A DNA stretch of 64,000 nt from Sulfurospirillaceae bacterium (GTDB lineage: Bacteria > Campylobacterota > Campylobacteria > Campylobacterales > Sulfurospirillaceae). The DNA lies in assembly GCA_033723415.1 (NCBI GenBank), contig JAWVXD010000008.1:32188-96187 (forward strand), written 5' to 3'. A program made the translations under genes and the position numbers. Below the pieces are notes generated by a model. It saw only the letters and a list, made by a program, of their open reading frames with translations, was not told the DNA's origin and did no database searches. Shown piece after piece: positions 1-9,585 of this stretch (its first letter is position 1; each line of letters opens with the position of its first letter).

Positions 1-186
1 GATTTAGGTATCAATGATTTGGATATCACAATTATAGCTATACTAAAAGAAGGAAATCTCAATAATTTTATCTTTAATCCAGATCATGTAAATTATAAAT
101 TCGAGGTCAACGACATTCTTATTGTCGTAGGAGATGAAAAGCAGACAAGCAAAGTGAGAAATGAAATAACAAGGCAGCTTGCATGA
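1..186 (+). CDS. 3' end of a potassium channel/TrkA-C (RCK_C) domain protein (5'-truncated by window)
   Basis: Frame 1 reads DLGINDLDITIIAILKEG...FIFNP...FEVNDILIVVGDEKQ, a typical RCK_C signature; its TGA overlaps the next ATG (ATGA). Confidence 0.7.
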   Translation, partial: DLGINDLDITIIAILKEGNLNNFIFNPDHVNYKFEVNDILIVVGDEKQTSKVRNEITRQLA

Positions 187-875
187 GGAAGGTTGTAGTA
201 TTTGGATACACTAAAACAGGACGGGAAATTGCTAAATTATTGCAAGATGACGAGTATGAATTGCAGATTATAGATGATGATCCAATTCAAGTAGGAGAAG
301 CTAACAGAGACGGTTTCAATGCAATGTACTCAAGCATTAATGATGATAAAATTTTGGAAGATATAGGCATAGGAGATTCGGTAGAAGCACTTTTTTGTGC
401 AAGTGATAACGATAGTTTGAATCTATTCGTGACATTATCAGCTAGAAATCTTGACAAAGATCTTAAAATCTTAACTCTGATAAAAAAAGAACAAGATGAT
501 AAAAAAATGCTTTTAGCAGGTGCAAATCGTACTATTAGCCCTCATAATGTAGGGGCTATAAAGGCTTTTAGGATAATAGCAAAACCAAAAATGTCTAAAG
601 TGTTAAATAAATTTTCTCTATTAAAAAATAAATTATCTTTGAGTGAGGTTGAAATCAAGATAAATTCTCTCTTTGACGGCATTCGTTTTAAAGATGTAAA
701 TCTGACTGAAGAAGCTAATATAATCTTTTTAGGTATATTAGATAAGAGTTTAAACGGAGAATTTATATTTTTTTCAAAGAATATTGACCATAAGATAAAA
801 CATGGTGATGTACTTGTCTTGCTTGGCAGCAGAGGTGATATCAGAAATTTTAAAGATAAGATAGGAGTAAAATGA
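183..875 (+). CDS. TrkA-family NAD-binding potassium transport regulatory protein (RCK_N + RCK_C)
   Basis: VVVFGYTKTGREIA Rossmann-like start, DSLNLFVTLSARNL, LAGAN, C-terminal GDVLVLLG. Confidence 0.85.
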   Translation: MRKVVVFGYTKTGREIAKLLQDDEYELQIIDDDPIQVGEANRDGFNAMYSSINDDKILEDIGIGDSVEALFCASDNDSLNLFVTLSARNLDKDLKILTLIKKEQDDKKMLLAGANRTISPHNVGAIKAFRIIAKPKMSKVLNKFSLLKNKLSLSEVEIKINSLFDGIRFKDVNLTEEANIIFLGILDKSLNGEFIFFSKNIDHKIKHGDVLVLLGSRGDIRNFKDKIGVK

Positions 876-1756
876 GTATAGCTGTAATAGGAGCAGGAAA
901 GTGGGGCAGTGCTCTGCATTTTGCATTTTCACAAAATTTTTCTTGTAAAATAACATCTAAACATAAAAGAGATATACCGGATTTTGTCTCTTTGGAAAAA
1001 GCTTTGGCATGCGAATATCTTGTCATGGCAATTCCGGCACAGGTCGTAGGAACTTGGTTGCGAGATCATTTTACTTTCAACAATCAAAAAATCTTAGTTG
1101 CCGCAAAAGGTATAGAACAAAAAAGTGGAAAATTTTTAAATGAAATCTTTTCAGAATATGTTCCTGTCGAAAACCTATCGTATCTATCTGGTCCGTCATT
1201 TGCTTATGAAGTGATGCAATCATTGCCTACTGCAATTGTAATCAATTCAACAAATATGCAATTAGCTAGTAAATTTTCATCATTTTTCCCTGATTTTATG
1301 AAAACATATGTAAGTGATGATGTAATAGGTGCTGAAGTGTGCGGAGCATACAAAAACGTTATAGCCATTGCAAGTGGGATATGCGCAGGGTTAAATCTAG
1401 GGCAGAATGCCAGAGCCAGTCTTATATCTAGAGGTTTGGTAGAGATGGCAAGGTTCGGTAGGTATTTTGGTGCTGAAGATGATACCTTTTTAGGTTTAAG
1501 CGGGGCAGGGGACCTCTTTTTGAGTGCATCTAGTGAATTGTCTAGAAATTATAGAGTAGGTTTGGAACTAGCAAAAGAAAGAAAGATAGACGATATACTT
1601 AAAGAACTTGGAGAGGTAGCAGAAGGTGTTCACACAACTGACGCAATTATACATTTGAGCTTAGAAAGTGGTATATATGTACCTATCGCTACCGAAGTTC
1701 AAAAAATTATAAAAGGCAAAAACCCAAATTTGAGCTTAAGAGATTTACTGGAGTAA
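872..1756 (+). CDS. gpsA: NAD(P)H-dependent glycerol-3-phosphate dehydrogenase
   Basis: IAVIGAGKWGSAL, LSGPSFA, GAYKNVIAIA, GLSGAGDL, SRNYRVG. Confidence 0.96.
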   Translation: MSIAVIGAGKWGSALHFAFSQNFSCKITSKHKRDIPDFVSLEKALACEYLVMAIPAQVVGTWLRDHFTFNNQKILVAAKGIEQKSGKFLNEIFSEYVPVENLSYLSGPSFAYEVMQSLPTAIVINSTNMQLASKFSSFFPDFMKTYVSDDVIGAEVCGAYKNVIAIASGICAGLNLGQNARASLISRGLVEMARFGRYFGAEDDTFLGLSGAGDLFLSASSELSRNYRVGLELAKERKIDDILKELGEVAEGVHTTDAIIHLSLESGIYVPIATEVQKIIKGKNPNLSLRDLLE

Positions 1757-1760
1757 AAAT

Positions 1761-2984
1761 ATGAAACTTATAAAAAATGCCATAATCATAGAAGGTGAAG
1801 GCTTTGTTAAAAAAGATGTATTGGCTGATGATTTTAAAATAATTGAAATCAAAGACAGTATAAAATCTTTGGATAAATATGAAATTATTGATGCAAGAGG
1901 TGCCTATCTTCTCCCTGGATTAATAGATCTAAATGTCAGATTGGCAAATAATATATTAAATAAGGCAAACTTGGAAAAGCTTGTGAGTAGTGCAAAAAAA
2001 GGCGCAGTGACTACTGCTGTTATTATGTCGGATTTTACGCCTAGATTAGATAGTTCTACGCTATTGGACTTTTTAAAATCATCATTTGACAATACTATGA
2101 TAAACCTAAAAGTGACTGCTCCTTTGACCAATGAACAAAATGATAAACTAAACAATATAGCAACGCTTCTCAACAATGGCGCAACAGCAATTTTTGGAAA
2201 TTCTAATTTAAATCCTAACCTAATCAAAAGAGGAATGCAGTATGCGCATATGAAGGATAGACCTCTTTTTTGTTTTTGTTATGAACCTGATCTTGATGAT
2301 ATAGGAAATATGAATGAAGGCGAAATATCTTCAAAGCTCGGGCTGTCAGGCATATCTAAATCTTCAGAGACTGTTGAAGTCGCAAAAATTGCAGAATTAT
2401 CTATAGCAAATAATGCCAGTATAGTATTTCAAACTTTATCAACAAAAAGATCTTTAGATATTGTTAGAAATGTAAAAGAATATTCTCCAAATACATATAG
2501 CGAAGTATCTATACATCATCTCATAAGAAACGACAAGAGTTGTGACGGCTTTAATACATATGCGAAAATGCTACCTCCTTTAAGAGAAGAGGAAGAAAGA
2601 ACCAAACTTGTAGACGAAGTAAAAAAAGGACATATTGATATTCTAACATCATCACACTCTCCGAAATCTGTCCTATACAAAGATGTTGCTTTTTGTGATG
2701 CTGATTTTGGTATAGGATCAATAGAAGAGTTTTTTAAGTTGGCATATACTTTTTTAGTAAAAAAAGAAGGGATATCTCTAAAAAATCTTATTGAGATGTG
2801 TTCGGTAAATCCGGCAAAAGTGTTAAAACTTGAAAAAAAAGGTAAGATAGAAGTCGGTTATGATGCTGATATGTTTATATTTGATGCAAGTCATAAAAGT
2901 AAAATCAAGAATGAACTTTCAATTTATCATGAAGAAGAATTGGATGGCATTATCAATCAAGTCTTTGTAGCTAAGGAATTTTAG
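1761..2984 (+). CDS. Dihydroorotase-like amidohydrolase (PyrC2/PyrC'), probably catalytically inactive
   Basis: PGLID, KMLPPLR, NPAKVL, GYDAD motifs of type I DHOase, but metal ligands replaced; follows gpsA as in Campylobacter. Confidence 0.85.
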   Translation: MKLIKNAIIIEGEGFVKKDVLADDFKIIEIKDSIKSLDKYEIIDARGAYLLPGLIDLNVRLANNILNKANLEKLVSSAKKGAVTTAVIMSDFTPRLDSSTLLDFLKSSFDNTMINLKVTAPLTNEQNDKLNNIATLLNNGATAIFGNSNLNPNLIKRGMQYAHMKDRPLFCFCYEPDLDDIGNMNEGEISSKLGLSGISKSSETVEVAKIAELSIANNASIVFQTLSTKRSLDIVRNVKEYSPNTYSEVSIHHLIRNDKSCDGFNTYAKMLPPLREEEERTKLVDEVKKGHIDILTSSHSPKSVLYKDVAFCDADFGIGSIEEFFKLAYTFLVKKEGISLKNLIEMCSVNPAKVLKLEKKGKIEVGYDADMFIFDASHKSKIKNELSIYHEEELDGIINQVFVAKEF

Positions 2985-3053
2985 CCGGCCCGTTTATAAA
3001 ATATTGTGCAAATTTTTGATACAATCAAATCCAAATTTTAAAAAAGATGACAA

Positions 3054-4508
3054 ATGCAAAAAGAAAAAGATAGTTATATTAAAAACCTTATAATTTTGTT
3101 TTGGGGTATAGTGATCACAAGAGTGTTTCTTATGATATACCTGCCTTTAACCGATACTACTGAAGCAAGATATGCAAATATCGCGCTTATTATGTCCAAG
3201 ACTAGAGATTGGATTACTCCTTATTTTGATTATGGTGTGCCGTATTGGGGAAAACCGCCATTGTCATTTTGGTTTCAAGCTATATCTTATAATTTATTTG
3301 GAATTCACGATTATACTCCAAGGATACCATCTCTTATCATAACACTTTTGACTGCATGGATCGTTTATAAATTGATGCTAGTGTTAAAAGACAGAGTAAC
3401 TGCTCTTTGGACTATTATTATATATTTTAGTTCTATGTTGGTTTATGCACTTTCTGGAGTAGTACTCCTTGATCCTTATCTTACGTTTGCAACTACTTTG
3501 TCTTATGCTGCTTTTATGCTACTTTTAAACGGTCATAAAAAATATTGGGGTTATCTGTTTTTTATAGGCTTGGGTATTGGATTGTTAGCAAAGGGACCTT
3601 TGACCATAGTTTTGGTTGGAGGAACTATTTTTATTTGGATATTGTTTTCTTTTAAAAGACGAATTAAAACTCTTCTGTTATTACCTTGGGTTCGTGGGAC
3701 ATTTCTTATGCTTCTTATCGCAGTTCCATGGTATGTCATGGCAGAAAATAAAACTCCCGGATTCTTACATTATTTTATAATAGGTGAGCATTTTGATAGA
3801 TTTCTAGATTCCGGATGGAAGGGTGATCTTTATGGTCATGCGCATTTTAAACCTCTTGGTACTATCTGGTTTATGTGGCTATACTGTTCTCTGCCATGGG
3901 GATTAGCCGGTATTATTCTTATTTTAAAGAACCTTGTTAATAAAACGAATCGTGAGAAAATGATCGCAAAAATCAAAACAGATGAGATATCATTTTATTT
4001 TATTTGGATGATATTCCCTATGTTGTTTTTCACAATGTCGGCAAATATTACTGAAACTTACGTTTTATATGGATTCCCTGCGCTTGGAATTTTGTTTTCT
4101 ATGTATTACAATAGTTTAGAAGAGAATATTAGAAAAAAACAGAAAAAGTTTTTCCTTGCAGGAGCCGTTTTAATTCCACTTTTAGGATTTTTTGGAACAT
4201 TTTATGTCATAAAAACGGTGCATACTCTAAAAACAGAAAAATTTTTGATTCAAAAATATTATAGCTTGGCCAAGAACAATGAGCCAATTTATTTTTTAAA
4301 TCACAAAGAGTTCTCTGAGGTTTACTATATGAATAAAAAAGTTGATATTACTACGATGGCGGAATTAAGAGAAATAGTAAAAAATAACCCGCACAAGAAA
4401 TACTTTGTAGTCGGGCAAAATAATCATGATCATATTATTGAGCAAAATTTCAAAAATTTAAAATTGGTATATAAAAGCGAAAGACACACCCTTTTTTCAA
4501 ACAACTAG
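3054..4508 (+). CDS. ArnT/PMT-family (GT-C fold) membrane glycosyltransferase
   Basis: DTTEARYA, YWGKPPLSFW, LLAKGP, PWY, FIIGEHF motifs; many TM segments. Confidence 0.88.
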   Translation: MQKEKDSYIKNLIILFWGIVITRVFLMIYLPLTDTTEARYANIALIMSKTRDWITPYFDYGVPYWGKPPLSFWFQAISYNLFGIHDYTPRIPSLIITLLTAWIVYKLMLVLKDRVTALWTIIIYFSSMLVYALSGVVLLDPYLTFATTLSYAAFMLLLNGHKKYWGYLFFIGLGIGLLAKGPLTIVLVGGTIFIWILFSFKRRIKTLLLLPWVRGTFLMLLIAVPWYVMAENKTPGFLHYFIIGEHFDRFLDSGWKGDLYGHAHFKPLGTIWFMWLYCSLPWGLAGIILILKNLVNKTNREKMIAKIKTDEISFYFIWMIFPMLFFTMSANITETYVLYGFPALGILFSMYYNSLEENIRKKQKKFFLAGAVLIPLLGFFGTFYVIKTVHTLKTEKFLIQKYYSLAKNNEPIYFLNHKEFSEVYYMNKKVDITTMAELREIVKNNPHKKYFVVGQNNHDHIIEQNFKNLKLVYKSERHTLFSNN

Positions 4509-5236
4509 TAAAAGATTTTGGAAAGATAGAGCCCTTGCGGCTCTAATGGGGATTTGCTTATAAGGGTTTTTTTCTCTAGTTGCATTGACAGATCATCTTT
4601 CGTTAAAGAATGATTTTCAATTTTAAGTAAAAAATCACACATCATTCTTATCTGACTTCTCAAAAAGCTATTGCCTAAAAAGTAGATGATCGTATTGTTT
4701 TTATATCTGTATGCCCCTGTTTTATAGATAGTTCGTATGTCTGTTTTTGTTTCACTTCCTTCTTTCCTAAAATAACCAAAATCATGTGTCCCTACAAATA
4801 ATTGAGAGTTGTCATACAAAGACCGTGTATCTAGATCAGGTTTAAAGATACAATAATCAGCCATAAAGGGGTTGAATTTATCGTGAGAGATAAGATAACG
4901 GTAAAGTCTCATTTTGGCACTAAATCTTGCATGAAAATCTTTGTCTATAAACTCTATTTTTTTGATAAATACAGCAGGATGGATCATCTTATTTATATTT
5001 ATTCTTAATTTTTCTAAATTAGAAAAATAAGTAGGAATATCTACATGACAGACTTGATTTAGTGCATGCACACCTCTATCAGTACGTCCGCTTGCTTGCA
5101 ATGATTGGTCTATGCCAAGCTTTAAAAAAGCCTTTTGCATCACTCCTATTACAGTAGGCATTTGTTTGTTTTTTTGTATCTGAGAGCCAAAAAACTTTGA
5201 ACCGTCATAAGAGAATGTAATTTTTATTCTTTTCAC
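4505..5236 (-). CDS. truA: tRNA pseudouridine(38-40) synthase
   Basis: SYDGS, SGRTDRGVHA, FHARFSA, FLRSQIR, GLYL. Confidence 0.96.
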   Translation of the reverse strand: MKRIKITFSYDGSKFFGSQIQKNKQMPTVIGVMQKAFLKLGIDQSLQASGRTDRGVHALNQVCHVDIPTYFSNLEKLRININKMIHPAVFIKKIEFIDKDFHARFSAKMRLYRYLISHDKFNPFMADYCIFKPDLDTRSLYDNSQLFVGTHDFGYFRKEGSETKTDIRTIYKTGAYRYKNNTIIYFLGNSFLRSQIRMMCDFLLKIENHSLTKDDLSMQLEKKTLISKSPLEPQGLYLSKIFY

Positions 5237-5239
5237 GTT

Positions 5240-6265
5240 TTAAAACCTCAATACCACTTTTCTTTTATAAATTGAATATGATATAAGCATTGAGAGGAGT
5301 GAAACTATAAATATTGCCCCAAACGCATTTATTTTAGCGATTATTACGGCAGTAGAAAAATAGGCAAATATAGATAGAAATTGATAAAAATATATTTTTG
5401 CAGATGCATATCTAGATACAACTACAGAAATGCCTATAGCTAAGAATACAGTCGTAAAAGGGAAAAGGGCTATTAGCATAAAAAATGCAAAATCATAAGC
5501 TCTGCCTTTATCTTTAAATGCTAAACGCCAATAAGAATAAATTGTCTGCATATATCCTATATTTTCACTTGGTTCAGAATTAATATACATTTTTTTAAAG
5601 TTTACCTGTTGCATTTTGTCTTTTTGAAACTCAAATGCCTTACCGTCCTCGAGTATGAGTCTTAGCGCTCCGTTATCATTTTTGATCAGTGCTTTCTGTG
5701 ATAGGACCAATCTAGGAGATTCTTGTTTCGTTCCTATTTTGTATAAAGATACGTTTTCATAGATTTGATTTTTTTCTGCTTTGCTTATATATACCAACCA
5801 ATTTGAAAACTTTTGACCAAATTTACTTTCTTGAATATTGAATTTTGCTTTTGCTTTTTTATATTCTAAGAAATTGTTATTAAGCTGATTGGAAAGAGGA
5901 ACAAGAACAACTATGTTTATGATCAGCAATATAGAAAATAGAGCCGCTAAAATCGTAAAAAATTTTGACATTTTTCTTGGTGAATATCCCAAACTGAAAA
6001 GTATGATCAATTCGTTTTCTTTTGATAAATTAAAAAGAGTCAAACATAGCGATACGAAAAACGTTATAGGGATAGTATATATCAACAGTTTTGGTATCAA
6101 ATATACATACATAGTGAAAAGTTCTATGAAATTCATCTTAATAACAGATGTAACATTTGCAATGTTTATAAAAAATATAATAGATGCAACAAAAAATAAT
6201 ATAAAAAATAGAGTGCTAAATACCTCCATAAAATTTTTTAATAAATAACTATTTACTCTACCCAT
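5240..6265 (-). CDS. LptF/LptG-family LPS export permease
   Basis: 3 N-terminal TMs, LSKENELIILFSLGYSP motif, periplasmic domain, 3 C-terminal TMs. Confidence 0.88.
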   Translation of the reverse strand: MGRVNSYLLKNFMEVFSTLFFILFFVASIIFFINIANVTSVIKMNFIELFTMYVYLIPKLLIYTIPITFFVSLCLTLFNLSKENELIILFSLGYSPRKMSKFFTILAALFSILLIINIVVLVPLSNQLNNNFLEYKKAKAKFNIQESKFGQKFSNWLVYISKAEKNQIYENVSLYKIGTKQESPRLVLSQKALIKNDNGALRLILEDGKAFEFQKDKMQQVNFKKMYINSEPSENIGYMQTIYSYWRLAFKDKGRAYDFAFFMLIALFPFTTVFLAIGISVVVSRYASAKIYFYQFLSIFAYFSTAVIIAKINAFGAIFIVSLLSMLISYSIYKRKVVLRF

Positions 6266-6986
6266 AAATTTTTTCCATTAGTGTTAAGATATTTGTATCA
6301 AAGATCCAAGTGATAAATAATCCAAGTGTTAAAAATGGTATAAATGGAAGCTGAAATCCTTTTTTCCCGACAACTAAAAATGCAGGTAAGGAAATCAGTG
6401 CAGATATATATATCGCACCAAGACCAAGTTTAACGCCTAAAACAGCACCTATGATACCTGCTATGATAATGTCCGCTTCACCCATTGCCTCTTTTTTTAT
6501 AACCCAAGATATTATCATCCTAAGTAGTGAAAATCCACCGGCAAAGAGCAGGGCATCATACAAGCTGACAGGCAAATTTCTAGCGAATAAAGACAAAAAT
6601 AATGCGGGAAAACTAAGCACATCAGGAACAGCTTTATATCTTAGATCTATGATGCTCAGAGCAAATAGAATGGCAAACAACAGACCTAATATCATCCCTT
6701 CTATCAAGGTATCACTTTTGAAGTATGAAATTACAAATATAAAAGACGTAAACAATTCAACTAAAGGATATTGTAACGAGATCTTTTCTTTACAAAAAGC
6801 ACATTTGCCACCTAATGCGATCCAAGAGAAAACCGGTATATTATGGTAAAACTTTAATTTTGTTTTACATTTTGGACAATGTGATGATGGAAATGATATG
6901 CTTTTGTTCTCAGGAACTCTCAATATTACGACATTGAGAAAAGATCCGATAGAAAGCCCTATGAGTGCAAATAAAATGATCTCCAT
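6258..6986 (-). CDS. Prepilin peptidase (A24 family)
   Basis: GSFLNVVILR, SHCPKC...GKCAFC Zn motifs, MGEAD, LPFIPFL. Confidence 0.93.
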   Translation of the reverse strand: MEIILFALIGLSIGSFLNVVILRVPENKSISFPSSHCPKCKTKLKFYHNIPVFSWIALGGKCAFCKEKISLQYPLVELFTSFIFVISYFKSDTLIEGMILGLLFAILFALSIIDLRYKAVPDVLSFPALFLSLFARNLPVSLYDALLFAGGFSLLRMIISWVIKKEAMGEADIIIAGIIGAVLGVKLGLGAIYISALISLPAFLVVGKKGFQLPFIPFLTLGLFITWIFDTNILTLMEKIYG

Positions 6987-7658
6987 CTATATTCCTCCAA
7001 ATCTTCTCTGTGTTTTTTTGTAGGTTGATATGATTTTTTCAAGCTCTTCTAGTGAGAAATCAGGCCAAAAAGTGTCTGTAAATGCAAGTTCAGCATATGC
7101 ACATTGCCAAAGTAAAAAATTTGACAGTCTTTTTTCTCCGCCTGTTCTAATCAAGAGGTCCACATCAGGAAATCCGCCTGTATCAAGTGCATTATTTATA
7201 TCAGCTTCTGTAATATTGTTTTTATTTATCTTGTTTACAGCCCTAACTATCTCATCTCTTGAACCGTAGTTTATAGCTAAAACCTGAGTTAATCCGCTAT
7301 TATCTTGTGTTTTTAAAACGGTTTCGTCTATCCTTTTTTGTAAGTTCTTGGAAAATTTGCCTATATCACCGATGACTTTAAATCTTATATTATTATCTAT
7401 CAACGTTTTAAGTTCTTGTTTTAAAAATCTATTTAATAATTTCATTAAAAAGTCAACTTCTTCTTTACCTCTTTTCCAATTTTCTGTGCTAAAAGCATAA
7501 AGTGTTAGATACTGTATATCAATCTGTGCTGCTTTTTTTGTTATTTCTATTAATTTTTTTGCTCCCTCTTTATGTCCGAAAGAGCGAACTTTTCCATGGT
7601 TTTTAGCCCATCTACCGTTTCCGTCCATGATTATGGCTAAGTGCTTCAAAGTATTCAA
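6987..7658 (-). CDS. uppS: Undecaprenyl diphosphate synthase
   Basis: HLAIIMDGNGRWA, YAFSTENWKR, DLLIRTGGEKRLSNFLLWQ, RRFGG; TTG start. Confidence 0.97.
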   Translation of the reverse strand: MNTLKHLAIIMDGNGRWAKNHGKVRSFGHKEGAKKLIEITKKAAQIDIQYLTLYAFSTENWKRGKEEVDFLMKLLNRFLKQELKTLIDNNIRFKVIGDIGKFSKNLQKRIDETVLKTQDNSGLTQVLAINYGSRDEIVRAVNKINKNNITEADINNALDTGGFPDVDLLIRTGGEKRLSNFLLWQCAYAELAFTDTFWPDFSLEELEKIISTYKKTQRRFGGI

Positions 7659-7660
7659 AT

Positions 7661-8395
7661 TTAACCCTTCATATCAAGGAGAACTTCACTAGAATCAAAT
7701 AGTGGCAAAATCTCACTTTTCAAAGAAATATATGTATTTATTGTATTGTTTTCAAGTTCTTTTTTTAGTAAATCATAGCTTTTTTCAAATAAAACACCAA
7801 GTTCTAATGTTGGAATATTATTGTCTAAAGTCATTTTCCCACTTATAGGTCCCAGGTTTTCAAGGGCTAAATAAAAATAAGTGGATGAATCATTATGTAT
7901 ATTAAATTGCAATAAAACTTTTCTATCCTCTATGATAACGGGAAAATGGAAAATTCCTTCACTTTGTGCTAGCAATATTTGGCTTAATGTCAAAAACTGC
8001 TCTTTTGTAGTTGCAGTATCTGCCATTTTATCTATAATTTTTTTCTTGATTGTTTTTATCGGATTTTTATCTTCGGTTAATAATTTAAAGAAAAATTTGC
8101 TTTCTATGTCTAGAAATTCCATATCTGTGTTAAAGATTTCAGGTTTTTGTATAAGATTTGATATATGTAAAATATTTTCTTTATTTTCTTTGAGAATGCC
8201 CCAATATTTTTTCTTTACATTGAGTTTGTTTTTGCTTTTTGCCATTAACTCCTTCCTTCCTAGAAGAAGTTTGTATTGGTTTGTGTATAGTTTTTCTAAA
8301 ACCGTGATCGACATAGGCAGATTTGTATTGAATGTTATATTTGACGAGTCAAATCTTTGAGATGTATTTATAATTTTACTGACTTGGTTTATCAT
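7661..8395 (-). CDS. Conserved Campylobacterota hypothetical protein (position of C. jejuni Cj0823); possible FliK-like C-terminal domain
   Basis: 244-aa ORF coupled between coaBC and uppS; C-terminal FYLALENLGPISG motif. Confidence 0.75.
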   Translation of the reverse strand: MINQVSKIINTSQRFDSSNITFNTNLPMSITVLEKLYTNQYKLLLGRKELMAKSKNKLNVKKKYWGILKENKENILHISNLIQKPEIFNTDMEFLDIESKFFFKLLTEDKNPIKTIKKKIIDKMADTATTKEQFLTLSQILLAQSEGIFHFPVIIEDRKVLLQFNIHNDSSTYFYLALENLGPISGKMTLDNNIPTLELGVLFEKSYDLLKKELENNTINTYISLKSEILPLFDSSEVLLDMKG

Positions 8396-9585
8396 ATATT
8401 TTTCAGCTCGTTTAAAATCTCAAATGCAACATTTAATTTTGTGTCAAATTCGATCTTTTTTTCTTCCTTAGCAGTGATTAGTGTCACTTCGTTATTGTCA
8501 CTGCCAAAGTTGTTGTTTTTATCTAAAACATTTAGGCAAACTGCATCCAAACCTTTATTTGTCAGCATATTACGTGCATTTTCTAGAGCAGTTTTCGGAT
8601 CTAGTTCAGCTTTAAAGCCTATGGTCTTTATATCTTTTTTGTTTAAACTCTTTAAAATATCAATATTTTTGACAAGAGCTAGTGAAAATTCATCTCCTAA
8701 GTCTTCTTTTTTTAATTTTCCTTCATAAATCTCTTTGCAAACATAATCGCTTATTGCCGCTACCATAAAAAGGTAACTACCTGGTTTGATATTTCCCTTT
8801 AGTGTTGATTCCAAAGTACTAGAATTTGGGGCAATTATAACTTTTATGTTATTTGGAAGCTCATTCGTCTCTTCTGTAGTTATGTATGTTACTTTTGCAC
8901 CAAGCAAATACGCACAAAGAGCCAAAGATTTAGCCATCTTACCACTAGAAAAATTGCTGATATATCTTACAGAGTCGATCTTCTCTTTTGTACCGCCACC
9001 TGTAATGATGATATCTTTATCATGCCAAAATTGATCTTGTAAAAGATTTGCACAAATCCTCCAATATATCTCATCTGGCTCTGCCATGGCTCCTAAACCT
9101 TTATCATTACAGGCAAGTAGCTTATCTTGCGGCTCAATGATCTTATATCCAAAGTTTTCTAATTTTTTGAGTGATTCTTGCGTACTTGGATGAAGTATCA
9201 TATTTGTATTGGCTGATGGAGCTATGAAAATATTCTTATTAAAGGCAAGAAGTGTCTGGACAAGAAGATTATCGGCTATACCGTGAGCTATTTTATTTAT
9301 GGTATTAGCAGAGATGGGGGCTACAACAAATATATCTGCCCATTTACCTATATGTATATGATTGTTGTCATTTGCCCAACTTTCTGTGTCTACGTGCATC
9401 ACTTCATTCTGGGATATAGCTTCGAACATAAGAGGGGTTACAAATTTCTTGGACTCTTCACTCATTATCACTCTGACTGTTGCTCCTGCTTTGATAAAAA
9501 GTCTGATCAGTTCCAAAGTTTTGTATATAGCGATGCTGCCAGTGACTCCTACTAAGATTTTTCTGTTTTGTAACAGATCTTTCAT
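8392..9585 (-). CDS. coaBC: Bifunctional phosphopantothenoylcysteine decarboxylase/ligase
   Basis: GVTGSIAIYK, APISANT, GIADNL, ITGGGTKEKIDSVRYISNFSSGKM, IGFKAE. Confidence 0.97.
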   Translation of the reverse strand: MKDLLQNRKILVGVTGSIAIYKTLELIRLFIKAGATVRVIMSEESKKFVTPLMFEAISQNEVMHVDTESWANDNNHIHIGKWADIFVVAPISANTINKIAHGIADNLLVQTLLAFNKNIFIAPSANTNMILHPSTQESLKKLENFGYKIIEPQDKLLACNDKGLGAMAEPDEIYWRICANLLQDQFWHDKDIIITGGGTKEKIDSVRYISNFSSGKMAKSLALCAYLLGAKVTYITTEETNELPNNIKVIIAPNSSTLESTLKGNIKPGSYLFMVAAISDYVCKEIYEGKLKKEDLGDEFSLALVKNIDILKSLNKKDIKTIGFKAELDPKTALENARNMLTNKGLDAVCLNVLDKNNNFGSDNNEVTLITAKEEKKIEFDTKLNVAFEILNELKNI

